A stretch of DNA of 63,857 nucleotides from the NCBI GenBank assembly GCA_945932505.1, contig CAMEQB010000001.1:1-63857 (forward strand), written 5' to 3'. The notes under the pieces were generated by a model. It made no database searches. It saw only the letters and a list, made by a program, of their open reading frames with translations, and was not told the origin of the DNA. The DNA comes from an uncultured Spirochaetales bacterium (GTDB lineage Bacteria > Spirochaetota > Spirochaetia > Sphaerochaetales > Sphaerochaetaceae). Both the position numbers and the translations under genes were made by a program. Shown here one piece after another: positions 10,030 to 19,793 of this stretch. Position 1 is the stretch's first letter, and the number at the start of each line of letters is the position of its first letter.

Positions 10030-10060
10030 CCATAGGGCGATATACTCTATGGTTTTTTTT
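10030..10060 (+). terminator. intrinsic terminator after rnc
   Basis: Stem ccatag (10030-10035) pairs with ctatgg (10047-10052) and is followed by T8 (10053-10060). Confidence 0.7.
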
Positions 10061-10165
10061 ATGCCATACAGTTTGTTTTTAAAAAATAAGACAAAACACG
10101 TTATAGCGATACAAAATAATGGATAAAAAGAGCCCCGTCTACAATGAGTCAAGGCTCATCTATCA

Positions 10166-11509
10166 TTAGAGTAGTGTCTTTGACAACTCTTCTGCCTTTT
10201 CCAAAAGTATTTCTCTCTCGTTTAAGCCTGGCTCTTCGATGACCATATCCAACAGGGCTTTCAATACTTTTCCAGTGAGAGGGCCATTTCCTGTAAGAAG
10301 AGAAATATCTTTTCCATTAACTTTGAGGTCTTTTAGTGTAAGGGCAGGGGAGGAGGAAAGCTCCTTAGCCACACGGGCTTTCAGCTCATCGTCATTAAAG
10401 CTATCAGGAAGGGCAAGTGTGGCTTTTCGGTCACATTCTCGAAGGAGAAATAGGTTATCTAAGTTATCTTTACCAACCCTTACGATCAATCTTCTTACAG
10501 CGCCGTCTGACCAAGAGGATGTGTATTGAACCATGTGCTCTCTGATGAGAAGGGCCACTTCATCTCTATCTTTATTTGATGACTTAAGCCTTGTCATAAT
10601 ATTTGAGGCCATTTCTGATCCGATTATTTCGTGTGAGTAGTAAGTGGATTTGTCGCCAATTCTTCTTTCAGCCTTTACTTTCCCTATATCGTGTAAAAGA
10701 GCAGAGATTTTGACAGAGAGGGGAGCGTGGAGTCTCAGAGCCTCTTCTAGAGCCAGTATCTGGTGTTCCAATAGGTTTTCTTTATGGTAACCTTCCCCTT
10801 CAATAGCTTTACAACTATAAAGCTCTGGAAGAATAATCTCCAATAGGCCCGTCTCTTCCATTGTTTTTATTCCGAGTCTTGGAAATGGAGAATCAATAAG
10901 GCGGAATAACTCTTCTCTTATTCTTTCTTCCGATACTTTAATAATCGTGGGCGATAGTGCTTTCATTGCTTTTTTTGTCTCTTCTTCTATTTCAAAGCCA
11001 AGTTTTGAAGAAAAGCGGGCAGCCCTCATAATCCTCAATGCGTCTTCTGTAAAACGCTCGTTTGGATCCCCAATAGCCCTGATCACTCCATTTTTTAAGT
11101 CATTAAAGCCGCCGTGCTGGTCAATAATCTCACCGCTGGATAGGTCACAGGCAAATGCATTAATGGTGAAATCGCGTCGCTTTAAGTCTTCCGATAATGA
11201 TCTGACGAAAGTGACAGAGTCAGGATGTCTAGAATCAGAGTAGTCTCCTTCAGTACGAAATGTTGTAATCTCATAGCTTCCGCCTTTAAAAAGGACAGTA
11301 ACTGTTCCATGCTTTATACCTGTATCGATGGTATGACGGAACATGCTTTTTATCTCTTCTGGTCTAGCGTCTGTAGTGAAATCAAAGTCATGGCTTGGCT
11401 TCGACAAGAGATAATCTCTTACAGCTCCACCAACCAGATAAAGAGAATAACCATGGGACTTAAATATAGATGAAAGAGTCTTCAGTGTCTCTGATATTTC
11501 CATTTGCAT
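10166..11509 (-). CDS. cca: CCA-adding tRNA nucleotidyltransferase with HD domain
   Basis: PolyA_pol head motif LVGGAVRDYLL..P.HDFDF.T, RRDFTINA, and an HD domain (LLHDIGK). Confidence 0.9.
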   Translation of the reverse strand: MQMEISETLKTLSSIFKSHGYSLYLVGGAVRDYLLSKPSHDFDFTTDARPEEIKSMFRHTIDTGIKHGTVTVLFKGGSYEITTFRTEGDYSDSRHPDSVTFVRSLSEDLKRRDFTINAFACDLSSGEIIDQHGGFNDLKNGVIRAIGDPNERFTEDALRIMRAARFSSKLGFEIEEETKKAMKALSPTIIKVSEERIREELFRLIDSPFPRLGIKTMEETGLLEIILPELYSCKAIEGEGYHKENLLEHQILALEEALRLHAPLSVKISALLHDIGKVKAERRIGDKSTYYSHEIIGSEMASNIMTRLKSSNKDRDEVALLIREHMVQYTSSWSDGAVRRLIVRVGKDNLDNLFLLRECDRKATLALPDSFNDDELKARVAKELSSSPALTLKDLKVNGKDISLLTGNGPLTGKVLKALLDMVIEEPGLNEREILLEKAEELSKTLL

Positions 11510-11612
11510 GCTTAGAGTCTATCAGAGAAAAAAGTGATAATCAATTTTCTTGAAAAGTTTGAAAACCAAGTTATAATAAGTGTGTGTGCGGGCACGCAAA
11601 AAGGAGAACACT

Positions 11613-13094
11613 ATGAAAAACATTCCAGATGTGAAGATTGGAATTATAGCTGTAAGTAGAGACTGCTTTATTAGGACACTATCCCAGAGTAGAAGAGAGA
11701 GCGTAGTTGAAGAAGTAAGAAAAAAAGGAGTTGAGATTGAAGAAATCTCAGTCGTAGTTGAAAACGAACTCGATGCTGTAAAGGCAGTAGAGGAAGCTAA
11801 GGGAAAGGGCTGCAATGCTCTTTGTGTGTATCTCGGTAACTTTGGTCCTGAGACACCTGAGACATTGATCGCCAAGTTCTTCGATGGACCAGTCATGTAT
11901 GCAGCTGCTGCAGAGGAGACTGGAAACAACCTTATCAATGGAAGAGGCGATGCATATTGCGGAGTCCTTAATCTTTCTTATAACCTTAACTTGAGAGGAA
12001 TAAAGGCATATATACCAGCTGATCCTGTTGGAAGAGCTGATGAAGTAGCTGATATGATCATCTCTTTCATTCCAATTGCAAGAGCCATCATTGGTCTCAA
12101 AAAACTGAAGATCATTACATTTGGTCCTCGTCCCCAAGATTTCTTTGCATGTAACGCACCTATCAAGGGCCTCTATGATATCGGAGTGGAGATAGAAGAA
12201 AACAGTGAGTTGGACCTTCTTGTTTCATATAAAGAACATAGTGGAGACAAAAGAATCGATGGCATTGTAGCTTCAATGGCAGAAGAGCTGGGAGTCAAGG
12301 GAAACAAGTATCCTGACCTCTTGCCTCGTATGGCACAGTTTGAGCTTACACTCCTCGATTGGGCTGAGACACATAAGGGATCAAGGGAATATGTGGCATT
12401 TGCAGACAAATGTTGGCCTGCATTCCCTGAAGCCTTCGGTTTTGAACCTTGCTATGTAAACTCACGCCTTGCTTCCCGTGGAATACCAGTTTCTTGTGAA
12501 GTCGATATCTACGGAGCTCTCTCCGAGTATATCGGAGCATGTATCACAAATAGTCCTGTTACTCTTCTCGATATCAACAATACCGTCCCAAGAGATATGT
12601 ATGAGAGTGAAATCAAAAATAAGACAGATTATGGTGAGAGAGATGTATTCATGGGCTTCCATTGTGGGAACACTCCTCTCTCATGCCTCTCCTGTGGAGA
12701 AGTCAATTACCAGATCATACAGAATAGACTTCTGGAGAAGGGTGGTGAGCCTGACTTTACACGTGGAACACTTGAAGGCGACATCAAGAGTGGAGATGTC
12801 ACAATGTATCGTCTCCATGCAAATGCTGATGGATCTTTGGAAGCATACTGTGCTCAGGGCGAAGTCTTGGATGTCAAGACAAGAAGCTTCGGCGGAATCG
12901 GCGTAATTGCAATAGATGAGATGGGACGCTTCTATAGAAACGTTCTTATTAGAAAGCATTTCCCACACCACGCTGCAGTTGCTTTCGCTCATATCGGCAA
13001 AGCTTTCTATGGCGTATTGGATTATTTAGGAATAAAGGATGTTTCATATAACCGTAAGAAGGGTGATCTTTATCCTGAGGAATGTCCTTTCTGA
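11613..13094 (+). CDS. L-fucose isomerase-family sugar isomerase (short, about 493 aa form)
   Basis: Start at ATG 11613 with RBS aaaggag. The layout resembles the FucI/AraA superfamily: an N-terminal Rossmann-like IGIIAVSR... region, GFHCGN, and C-terminal HHAAVAFAH. The substrate is not assignable by eye. Confidence 0.75.
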   Translation: MKNIPDVKIGIIAVSRDCFIRTLSQSRRESVVEEVRKKGVEIEEISVVVENELDAVKAVEEAKGKGCNALCVYLGNFGPETPETLIAKFFDGPVMYAAAAEETGNNLINGRGDAYCGVLNLSYNLNLRGIKAYIPADPVGRADEVADMIISFIPIARAIIGLKKLKIITFGPRPQDFFACNAPIKGLYDIGVEIEENSELDLLVSYKEHSGDKRIDGIVASMAEELGVKGNKYPDLLPRMAQFELTLLDWAETHKGSREYVAFADKCWPAFPEAFGFEPCYVNSRLASRGIPVSCEVDIYGALSEYIGACITNSPVTLLDINNTVPRDMYESEIKNKTDYGERDVFMGFHCGNTPLSCLSCGEVNYQIIQNRLLEKGGEPDFTRGTLEGDIKSGDVTMYRLHANADGSLEAYCAQGEVLDVKTRSFGGIGVIAIDEMGRFYRNVLIRKHFPHHAAVAFAHIGKAFYGVLDYLGIKDVSYNRKKGDLYPEECPF

Positions 13095-14101
13095 TGGCTA
13101 CTATCAAAGAGATAGCAGAGAAAGCAGGAGTATCAAGAGGGACTGTAGATAGAGTCATCCATAAAAGGGGTAGAGTCGATAAAGATGTAGAGGAGAGAGT
13201 CAATAGTATAATTGAATCTCTCTCCTACCGCCCCAATAGGGCAGGTCAGACTCTTGCAGCTTCAAAAAAGAGCCATAAGACAGGAGTTATAATGCCTTCT
13301 CTTTCAAACCCATTCTTCTTTGACATAAAGAGGGGAATGGAGGAGGCCTCAGATAAGTCAGGCCTATCTCTCTCTTTTCACCACTACACGGGATATGAAG
13401 AGGGGGATACTCTTAAAGTTCTGAAGGAAACATTGAGTGAAGGCGTGGACTCGCTTCTTCTTACTGTCCCTGACACTCCTCTGGTTGTAAAGACAATAGA
13501 GGAATCAAAATGCCCCTTTGGCTCTGTAAACAGCGGGCTCTCTTCTGATAAATGCCTTTTCTACAGTGGCCCCGATTATAGGAAGAAAGGAATGATCAAC
13601 GCAGGCCTTTTGGCGCTGATTTCATCTTCTTTTAAGCCCAATATCCTCTTTTTAAGAGGATCTGAGGCTATGAAGGGCCATAAAGAGATCTTGGATGGTT
13701 TTAAAGAGGCGCTGGATAAACGAGGTTTGGATTACACCATACAAAAAGACGTTGAAACAAATGATGACGACGAAACTACTGAGTTATTGACGTCTCGAGC
13801 TCTCTCTGAAAACAGTGACATAAATACAATCTTTATATCCACATCTGGTGTTAAAGGTGCCATGAGAGCCATTGGAGAAAGAGATCTTTTAGTATTCTCT
13901 TCCGACGACACAGAAGATGTATGTCGTTTGGTAAATAGCGGGAGAATAAAATGGACAGTATCCCAGGAACCTTTTCTACAGGGATATAATGCAGTGATGA
14001 AGATGTCAGACTACTTGATATCACATGAAAAACCTGAGTCGTTTATCGCAAGAAATATCGTAAAGATAAAAGAAAACATAGGAGAAGAAATATGCTTGTA
14101 G
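13094..14101 (+). CDS. LacI-family transcriptional regulator
   Basis: N-terminal HTH MATIKEIAEKAGVSRGTVDRVIH followed by a periplasmic-binding-protein-like sugar-binding fold. The ATG overlaps the isomerase stop (TGATG). Confidence 0.88.
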   Translation: MATIKEIAEKAGVSRGTVDRVIHKRGRVDKDVEERVNSIIESLSYRPNRAGQTLAASKKSHKTGVIMPSLSNPFFFDIKRGMEEASDKSGLSLSFHHYTGYEEGDTLKVLKETLSEGVDSLLLTVPDTPLVVKTIEESKCPFGSVNSGLSSDKCLFYSGPDYRKKGMINAGLLALISSSFKPNILFLRGSEAMKGHKEILDGFKEALDKRGLDYTIQKDVETNDDDETTELLTSRALSENSDINTIFISTSGVKGAMRAIGERDLLVFSSDDTEDVCRLVNSGRIKWTVSQEPFLQGYNAVMKMSDYLISHEKPESFIARNIVKIKENIGEEICL

Positions 14102-15561
14102 GAGGAATCGACGTAGGAACCCAGTCAGTAAAAGTACTGATTTATGATAGCTCTGATAAAGAGATCAAGGCCATTGTCTCCTCGCCGTTGGAGTTAATAT
14201 CCTATTCTGACGGAACAAGGGAACAGAAGGCTGAGTGGTACATCGATGCAATCAAGTCATGCTTCGATAGGATAGATGAGAAACTAAAAAAAGAGATCAA
14301 AGCCCTCGGAGTATCTGGTCAGCAACATGGCTTGGTCCCTATCTCTTCTGATGGAGAAGTATTATGGAATGTAAAACTCTGGTGTGACACTTCGACTCTT
14401 GAGGAGTGCAAAGAGATAGAGGAGAAGGCTGGTGGAAGGGAAAATGTAATAAAAATGGCAGGTAACCCTATTCTTCCTGGTTATACAGCCTCCAAGATAC
14501 TCTTTCTAAAGAACAAGCACCCTGAAGTCTACGATAAGGCAGCCCACATGCTTTTAGTCCACGACTACATTAATTATTTTCTTACAGGAAAAATTATTAT
14601 GGAAAGAGGAGATGCTTCCGGTACAGCTCTTATGGATATAAGGACAGGAGAATGGTGTGAAGACCTTGTCTCCCTCATTTCTCCGACTCTCCTTTCTAAA
14701 CTCCCTCCTATTCTCCAGTCTCCTTCAGTCATCGGAGACGTAAAGAGGGATGTAGCAACTATGTTTGGGATAAGTGAGGACGTTGTAGTTGTATCTGGCG
14801 GTGGAGACAATATGATGAGCGCTATTGGAACAGGCGCCTTGAGGGATGGTGAGATTACTATCAGCCTCGGCACCAGCGGCACACTCTTCGCCTCATCATC
14901 CACTCCTCTTATTGACGATAAGTGTAGGCTAGCTTCTTTCTCCTCTTCCCATTCCTCCTTCCTTCCTCTTCTCTGTACTATGAACTGTACAGTGGCGGAA
15001 GAAGTTCTGAGAAAAGAGATGGGGATGGAAGTGAAAGAGTTTGTTTCTCTTGCTTCCAAGGCGCCTCTGGGATCAGAGGGATTGGTTCTTCTTCCATTCT
15101 TTAATGGAGAGAGAATCCCTGATTACCCAAATGGAGAGGCTGTGCTGGGTGGAATGAACATGACCAATGTGAAAAAAGAAAACATCGCCCGTTCAGCTCT
15201 TGAGGGAGTGAGTTTTGAATTCCTGTTGGGTCTTGAGGCATTCAAAGAGCTTTCATTTGTACCAAAGAGGGCTTCCCTCACAGGAGGCGGCTCCAAGAGC
15301 GAATTCTGGAGGCAGATGATTTCAGATATCACAGGACTTGAAATAAGGTGCCCACAAGTTGAGGAGGCAGCCGCCTTTGGTTCAGCGTTGGAGGCTCTTG
15401 CAGTGGCGGAAGGAAGAAGTGTAGTAGATACTGCAGAAGAGCATCTTGTTTTTGATGAAGAGAAGAAAGCATATCCAAATATGGAAAACCATGAGAAATA
15501 TAAAGCTTGCTATGAGAAGTGGAAGAAATACTCTTCTAGTATGGCACCTATATTTAGTTAA
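14092..15561 (+). CDS. FGGY-family carbohydrate kinase (xylulokinase-like)
   Basis: N-terminal GIDVGTQSVK, GVSGQQHG, and the second FGGY signature (GGGSKS..W.Q...D). Overlaps the LacI gene by 10 nt. Confidence 0.85.
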   Translation: MLVGGIDVGTQSVKVLIYDSSDKEIKAIVSSPLELISYSDGTREQKAEWYIDAIKSCFDRIDEKLKKEIKALGVSGQQHGLVPISSDGEVLWNVKLWCDTSTLEECKEIEEKAGGRENVIKMAGNPILPGYTASKILFLKNKHPEVYDKAAHMLLVHDYINYFLTGKIIMERGDASGTALMDIRTGEWCEDLVSLISPTLLSKLPPILQSPSVIGDVKRDVATMFGISEDVVVVSGGGDNMMSAIGTGALRDGEITISLGTSGTLFASSSTPLIDDKCRLASFSSSHSSFLPLLCTMNCTVAEEVLRKEMGMEVKEFVSLASKAPLGSEGLVLLPFFNGERIPDYPNGEAVLGGMNMTNVKKENIARSALEGVSFEFLLGLEAFKELSFVPKRASLTGGGSKSEFWRQMISDITGLEIRCPQVEEAAAFGSALEALAVAEGRSVVDTAEEHLVFDEEKKAYPNMENHEKYKACYEKWKKYSSSMAPIFS

Positions 15562-15570
15562 GAGGTAAAA

Positions 15571-16494
15571 ATGAGAGAGATAAAGATAAAAAACGGAAGA
15601 TATGAAGCGCTTATTTTGGATCAAGGAGCTATTCTCTGCTCCTTTAGTGTAGATGGCCACGATGTTGTCCTAGGCTTTGAAAATATTGAAGACAATATAG
15701 AGTCTGATTCATACCTAGGGCAAATTGTAGGACCATATGCCAATAGAATATGCGACGCTGTATATAGCGATGAAAATGGAGAGCATAGAGTAGAGAAAAA
15801 CGATGGAAAGAACCACCTTCATTCCGGAAACCGAAACTATGGCTGGAAGACGTGGGGCGTAAAAGAGATTACAGAGAGTAGCGTAACTCTCACACTCTAT
15901 TCTCCTGAGTCCTATGGTTACCCTGGAAACCAAGAAGTATGTGTAAAGTATTCATTGTCCTTAGAGGGCGTATTAAGACTGGATTACTCAATAAAGGGTG
16001 ACAAAAAGTGCCCTCTGAATCCTACAAACCATGCTTTTTTTAACCTCTCTGGATCGGGAGATATAAGAGGCACAGTAGTGACTATGGATGCTGACGAGTA
16101 TCTGGAGGTAGACAGCACTCTTATTCCTACAGAAATAAAGAGCGTAGAGTCTACAGACTTCGACTTCAGGTCTCCAAAGGCATTGAGGGAAAGACGAAAC
16201 GGAGCATATGACCATTGCTTTGTAATAAAAGAGGGTGGAAAAGTAAGGGTTGAGAATAAGGAGTATGCTCTTGAGATGACCACATCCCTTCCTGGAATGC
16301 AACTTTATACAGGAGAGTTCCTAAACAGAAAAGAGAAGGGGAAGAATGGCACGGCTCTTTCTCCATTCACAGGATTCTGTATGGAGACTGAGTATTATCC
16401 AGATTTCCCAAATCGACCAGATTTTAAAGGATTCTGGCTTGACGAGAAGAATGAGTATGTAAGCTGGACGGAGTACAGACTAATAAAGAAATGA
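15571..16494 (+). CDS. galM: aldose 1-epimerase (mutarotase), copy 2
   Basis: GPYANRI, NHLHSG, TNHAFFNL and ETEYYPDFPN motifs. Paralog of 6769-7719. Confidence 0.9.
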   Translation: MREIKIKNGRYEALILDQGAILCSFSVDGHDVVLGFENIEDNIESDSYLGQIVGPYANRICDAVYSDENGEHRVEKNDGKNHLHSGNRNYGWKTWGVKEITESSVTLTLYSPESYGYPGNQEVCVKYSLSLEGVLRLDYSIKGDKKCPLNPTNHAFFNLSGSGDIRGTVVTMDADEYLEVDSTLIPTEIKSVESTDFDFRSPKALRERRNGAYDHCFVIKEGGKVRVENKEYALEMTTSLPGMQLYTGEFLNRKEKGKNGTALSPFTGFCMETEYYPDFPNRPDFKGFWLDEKNEYVSWTEYRLIKK

Positions 16495-16500
16495 TAAAGC

Positions 16501-16529
16501 GGGAGGCATCAAAACCTCCCTTCTTCTTT
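16501..16529 (+). terminator. intrinsic terminator after the sugar locus
   Basis: Stem gggagg (16501-16506) pairs with cctccc (16515-16520) and is followed by ttcttcttt. Confidence 0.65.
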
Positions 16530-16658
16530 GCTAGATGTTGCCCTTAAATGGAATAAAGCATTAGAATAAGTCAAAAGGGATGTGGGACACCCCTCCTTCT
16601 TTGTGCATATAGAAGAGTGTCCATATTTCTCTTTTTCAGGAAAGCAAGGAGAACAAGA

Positions 16659-19600
16659 ATGTTTGAACCTGTGAACAACAAAGTCGATTTCGCGGCCCAG
16701 GAGGAGAAGATCCTCAAGTTTTGGGAAGAGAACGAAATCTATAAAAAATCTATTGAGAATCGCCCTGCAGACAATGAATATGTCTTCTATGACGGGCCTC
16801 CTTTTGCAACAGGCCTCCCTCACTTCGGCCATATTCTTCCAGGAACTATAAAAGACGCTATCCCCCGTTATCAATCAATGAAGGGACATAGAGTAATCAG
16901 ACGTTTTGGCTGGGACTGTCACGGACTACCTGTAGAAGCAGAGATGGAAAAGACTATCGGCGTCTCTGGTCACAGCAGAATCATTGAGTATGGCGTAGGT
17001 AAGTTCAACGAAGAGTGTAGATCCATTGTCTTGAGATATACATCCGAATGGAAAAAAGCTATTACCCGCACAGGCCGTTGGGTCGATTTCGACAATGGTT
17101 ACAGAACTATGGATAAGAACTACATGGAGTCTGTATGGTGGGTTTTCAAGACTCTCTATGATAAGGGATTGATCTACGAAGGCTATAATGTCCTTCCATA
17201 TTCTCCAAAGCTTGCTTCTCCTCTTTCAAATATGGAAGTGTCTTTAGGTGGATATAAGGATGTCGTAGATCAGGCTGTAACAGTAAGATTCAAGGTGGAT
17301 GGAACTGAAAACTCCTACTTCTTGGCTTGGACTACAACTCCTTGGACACTGCCGTCAAACCTCGCATTGGCTGTTGGTCCTGAAATCGATTACGTCGAAG
17401 TTGAAGACGAGGCTGACGGAGCACACTATTACCTTGCAAAGAACCTTCTTGGAAAATATTGGAAGGATGGAAAAGGCTGCAAGATCCTTAGAGAAGTAAA
17501 GGGCAATGACCTTGTCGGCATGACATATGAGCCTCTCTTCCCATATTTTGCGTCACTTAAAGAAAAGGGTGCTTTCCAGGTTGTTACAGCTGATTATGTA
17601 ACTGTCGAAGACGGATGTGGTATTGTACATACTGCTTCTGGTTTCGGTGAAGACGACTACAATACAATGAAGACAAAGGTTCCTCAGTGTCCTGTAGTAT
17701 GCCCAGTAGACGAAGAGTGTAGATTTACATCCGAAGTTCCTGAATGGGAAGGTGTCTTTGTAAAGGATGCAGACAAGTCCATCATCGAGTGGCTAAAGAA
17801 TAATGGAAAGCTAGTTAAGAGGGAAAATTATCTCCACTCTTATCCTTTCTGCTATCGCACAGGTATGCCACTCATCTATAAAGCAATGTCCTGCTGGTTC
17901 GTGGATGTTCAGAAGATCAAGAAGACAATGCTTGAGTGTAACGACCAGATCACATGGGTTCCTGAGCATATTAAGTATGGCCGCTTCGGCAAGTGGCTTG
18001 AAGGCGCTCGTGACTGGGCTATAAGCAGAAATAGATTCTGGGGTAACCCAATCCCAATCTGGAAGTGTGACGGTTCAAATTACATTGAAGTAATTGGCAG
18101 CGTAAAAGAGCTGGAAGAGAAGTGTGGCCATAAAGTGGAGGATCTCCACAAGCACTTTGTTGATGAGATCACATGGCCAAGTCCAGATGGAAAGGGAACT
18201 ATGAGAAGAATCCCTGATATCTTCGACTGTTGGTTCGAATCTGGTTCAATGCCATATGCCCAGCAGCACTATCCGTTCGAGAATAGTGAGAATTGGGATA
18301 AGATCTTCCCTGCAGACTTCATCAACGAAGGCCTTGACCAGACAAGAGGATGGTTCTATTCATTGACAGTTCTTGCTGCCGGCCTCTTTGGTAAGCCTGC
18401 ATTTGAGCATTGTATAGTATCTGGAATCGTATTGGCTGAAGATGGCTCAAAGATGAGTAAGAGTAAGCACAACTATACAGATCCAATGGAAGTTGTTGCC
18501 AAGTATGGTGCAGACGCGCTTCGTTTCGCCCTCATCAACTCTAACCTGGTAAAAGCTGATGACATGAAGTTCAGCGACGACATTGTAAAAGATGTCCTCA
18601 AGAGTCTCTTGATCCCTCTATGGAATGCATATTCATTCTTTGTTACGTATGCAAATATCGATGGATATGTTCCTTCCTCAACTCCAACAAGGGAACTCAG
18701 TAACCCACTGGACAAGTGGATCATCAGCGACTTGGAGAAGCTGGTGAAGAAGGCTACAGCAGGCTTTGACAGCTATCAGATCCAGGATGCAACTCAGGCT
18801 CTTCTCTCCTTTATCGATGACCTGAATAACTGGTACATCAGAAGAAGCAGAAGAAGATTCTGGAGAAGTGAGAATGACAGCGACAAGAAGCAGGCATATG
18901 ATACTCTCTACAGAGTTCTTATGACAGTTATAAAAGTGGCTTGTCCTATGATTCCATTTGTTACAGAAGCTATCTATCAGAACTTGAAGACAGACGGAGA
19001 CGTGGAGTCTGTACACCTCTCGGACTACCCAGAGTATGATGAAAGCGAGAGAGACTTCAAGCTTGAAGATGAGATGGAAATCATCATGAAGACCATCGAA
19101 ATGGGAAGAGCTTTAAGAGCTACATCCAACCTGAAGGTCAGACAGCCTTTGAAGGAATTTGTTGTAGTATCAAGAAACGATCAGCATAGAGAGAATCTTG
19201 AGAAGAACAAAGACATCATCCTTGAAGAACTTAACGTAAAGGATGTTAAAGTAAGAGCTGATGAAAGTGACCTTGTCTCTTATTCAGCTAAGGCAAACTT
19301 CAAGGTATTGGGAGCCAAGCTTGGTAAGAGCATGAAGGAAGTTGCTTCAATTATCCAGAATTTCACCGATGGTGAGATTGCATCTATTCTCGATGGAAAC
19401 GATAAGACTATTTCCTACTCAAATGGCGAAATAACAATCACAGAGGGTGACCTTGTTGTCCAGAGAAAAGAGAAAGAGCATGTTAAAGTCCTTAACGAGG
19501 GTGAAATTACAGTTGGCTTCGACACTGAAGTAACAAGAGAACTCTACCTGGAAGGAATCGCAAGAGACCTTGTAAGATTGATTCAGACAGAGAGAAAAGA

Positions 19601-19793
19601 GAGTGGCTTTGATGTATCTGATCACATTACTCTTGTTCTTTGGGGTGATGAAGACTTTAAGGAAGCTGTAAACGTATTCTCTGCTTTTATCTCAAAGGAA
19701 ACTCTTTGTTCTTCTCTTGAAGTAAAAGAAAACAATGGTAAAGAAGCTGAAATTGCTGAAAAGCCAGTGTTCGTCAAGGTGGAAAAGATTTGA
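16659..19793 (+). CDS. ileS: isoleucine--tRNA ligase (long, type 2-like)
   Basis: HIGH-type motif PHFGH, KMSKS (KMSKSKHN) and the editing domain motif WTTTPWTLPSN. Start at MFEPV (16659). 1044 aa, with no C-terminal Cys4 zinc motif. Confidence 0.97.
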   Translation: MFEPVNNKVDFAAQEEKILKFWEENEIYKKSIENRPADNEYVFYDGPPFATGLPHFGHILPGTIKDAIPRYQSMKGHRVIRRFGWDCHGLPVEAEMEKTIGVSGHSRIIEYGVGKFNEECRSIVLRYTSEWKKAITRTGRWVDFDNGYRTMDKNYMESVWWVFKTLYDKGLIYEGYNVLPYSPKLASPLSNMEVSLGGYKDVVDQAVTVRFKVDGTENSYFLAWTTTPWTLPSNLALAVGPEIDYVEVEDEADGAHYYLAKNLLGKYWKDGKGCKILREVKGNDLVGMTYEPLFPYFASLKEKGAFQVVTADYVTVEDGCGIVHTASGFGEDDYNTMKTKVPQCPVVCPVDEECRFTSEVPEWEGVFVKDADKSIIEWLKNNGKLVKRENYLHSYPFCYRTGMPLIYKAMSCWFVDVQKIKKTMLECNDQITWVPEHIKYGRFGKWLEGARDWAISRNRFWGNPIPIWKCDGSNYIEVIGSVKELEEKCGHKVEDLHKHFVDEITWPSPDGKGTMRRIPDIFDCWFESGSMPYAQQHYPFENSENWDKIFPADFINEGLDQTRGWFYSLTVLAAGLFGKPAFEHCIVSGIVLAEDGSKMSKSKHNYTDPMEVVAKYGADALRFALINSNLVKADDMKFSDDIVKDVLKSLLIPLWNAYSFFVTYANIDGYVPSSTPTRELSNPLDKWIISDLEKLVKKATAGFDSYQIQDATQALLSFIDDLNNWYIRRSRRRFWRSENDSDKKQAYDTLYRVLMTVIKVACPMIPFVTEAIYQNLKTDGDVESVHLSDYPEYDESERDFKLEDEMEIIMKTIEMGRALRATSNLKVRQPLKEFVVVSRNDQHRENLEKNKDIILEELNVKDVKVRADESDLVSYSAKANFKVLGAKLGKSMKEVASIIQNFTDGEIASILDGNDKTISYSNGEITITEGDLVVQRKEKEHVKVLNEGEITVGFDTEVTRELYLEGIARDLVRLIQTERKESGFDVSDHITLVLWGDEDFKEAVNVFSAFISKETLCSSLEVKENNGKEAEIAEKPVFVKVEKI

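Noticed and set aside
16531-16658. Possible T-box or attenuator leaders upstream of ileS (also checked for trpS and hisS).
   Set aside because: There is no specifier-loop/T-box (AGGGUGGNACCGCG-like) sequence or terminator/antiterminator pair. trpS and hisS are translationally coupled to upstream genes, leaving no leader space.
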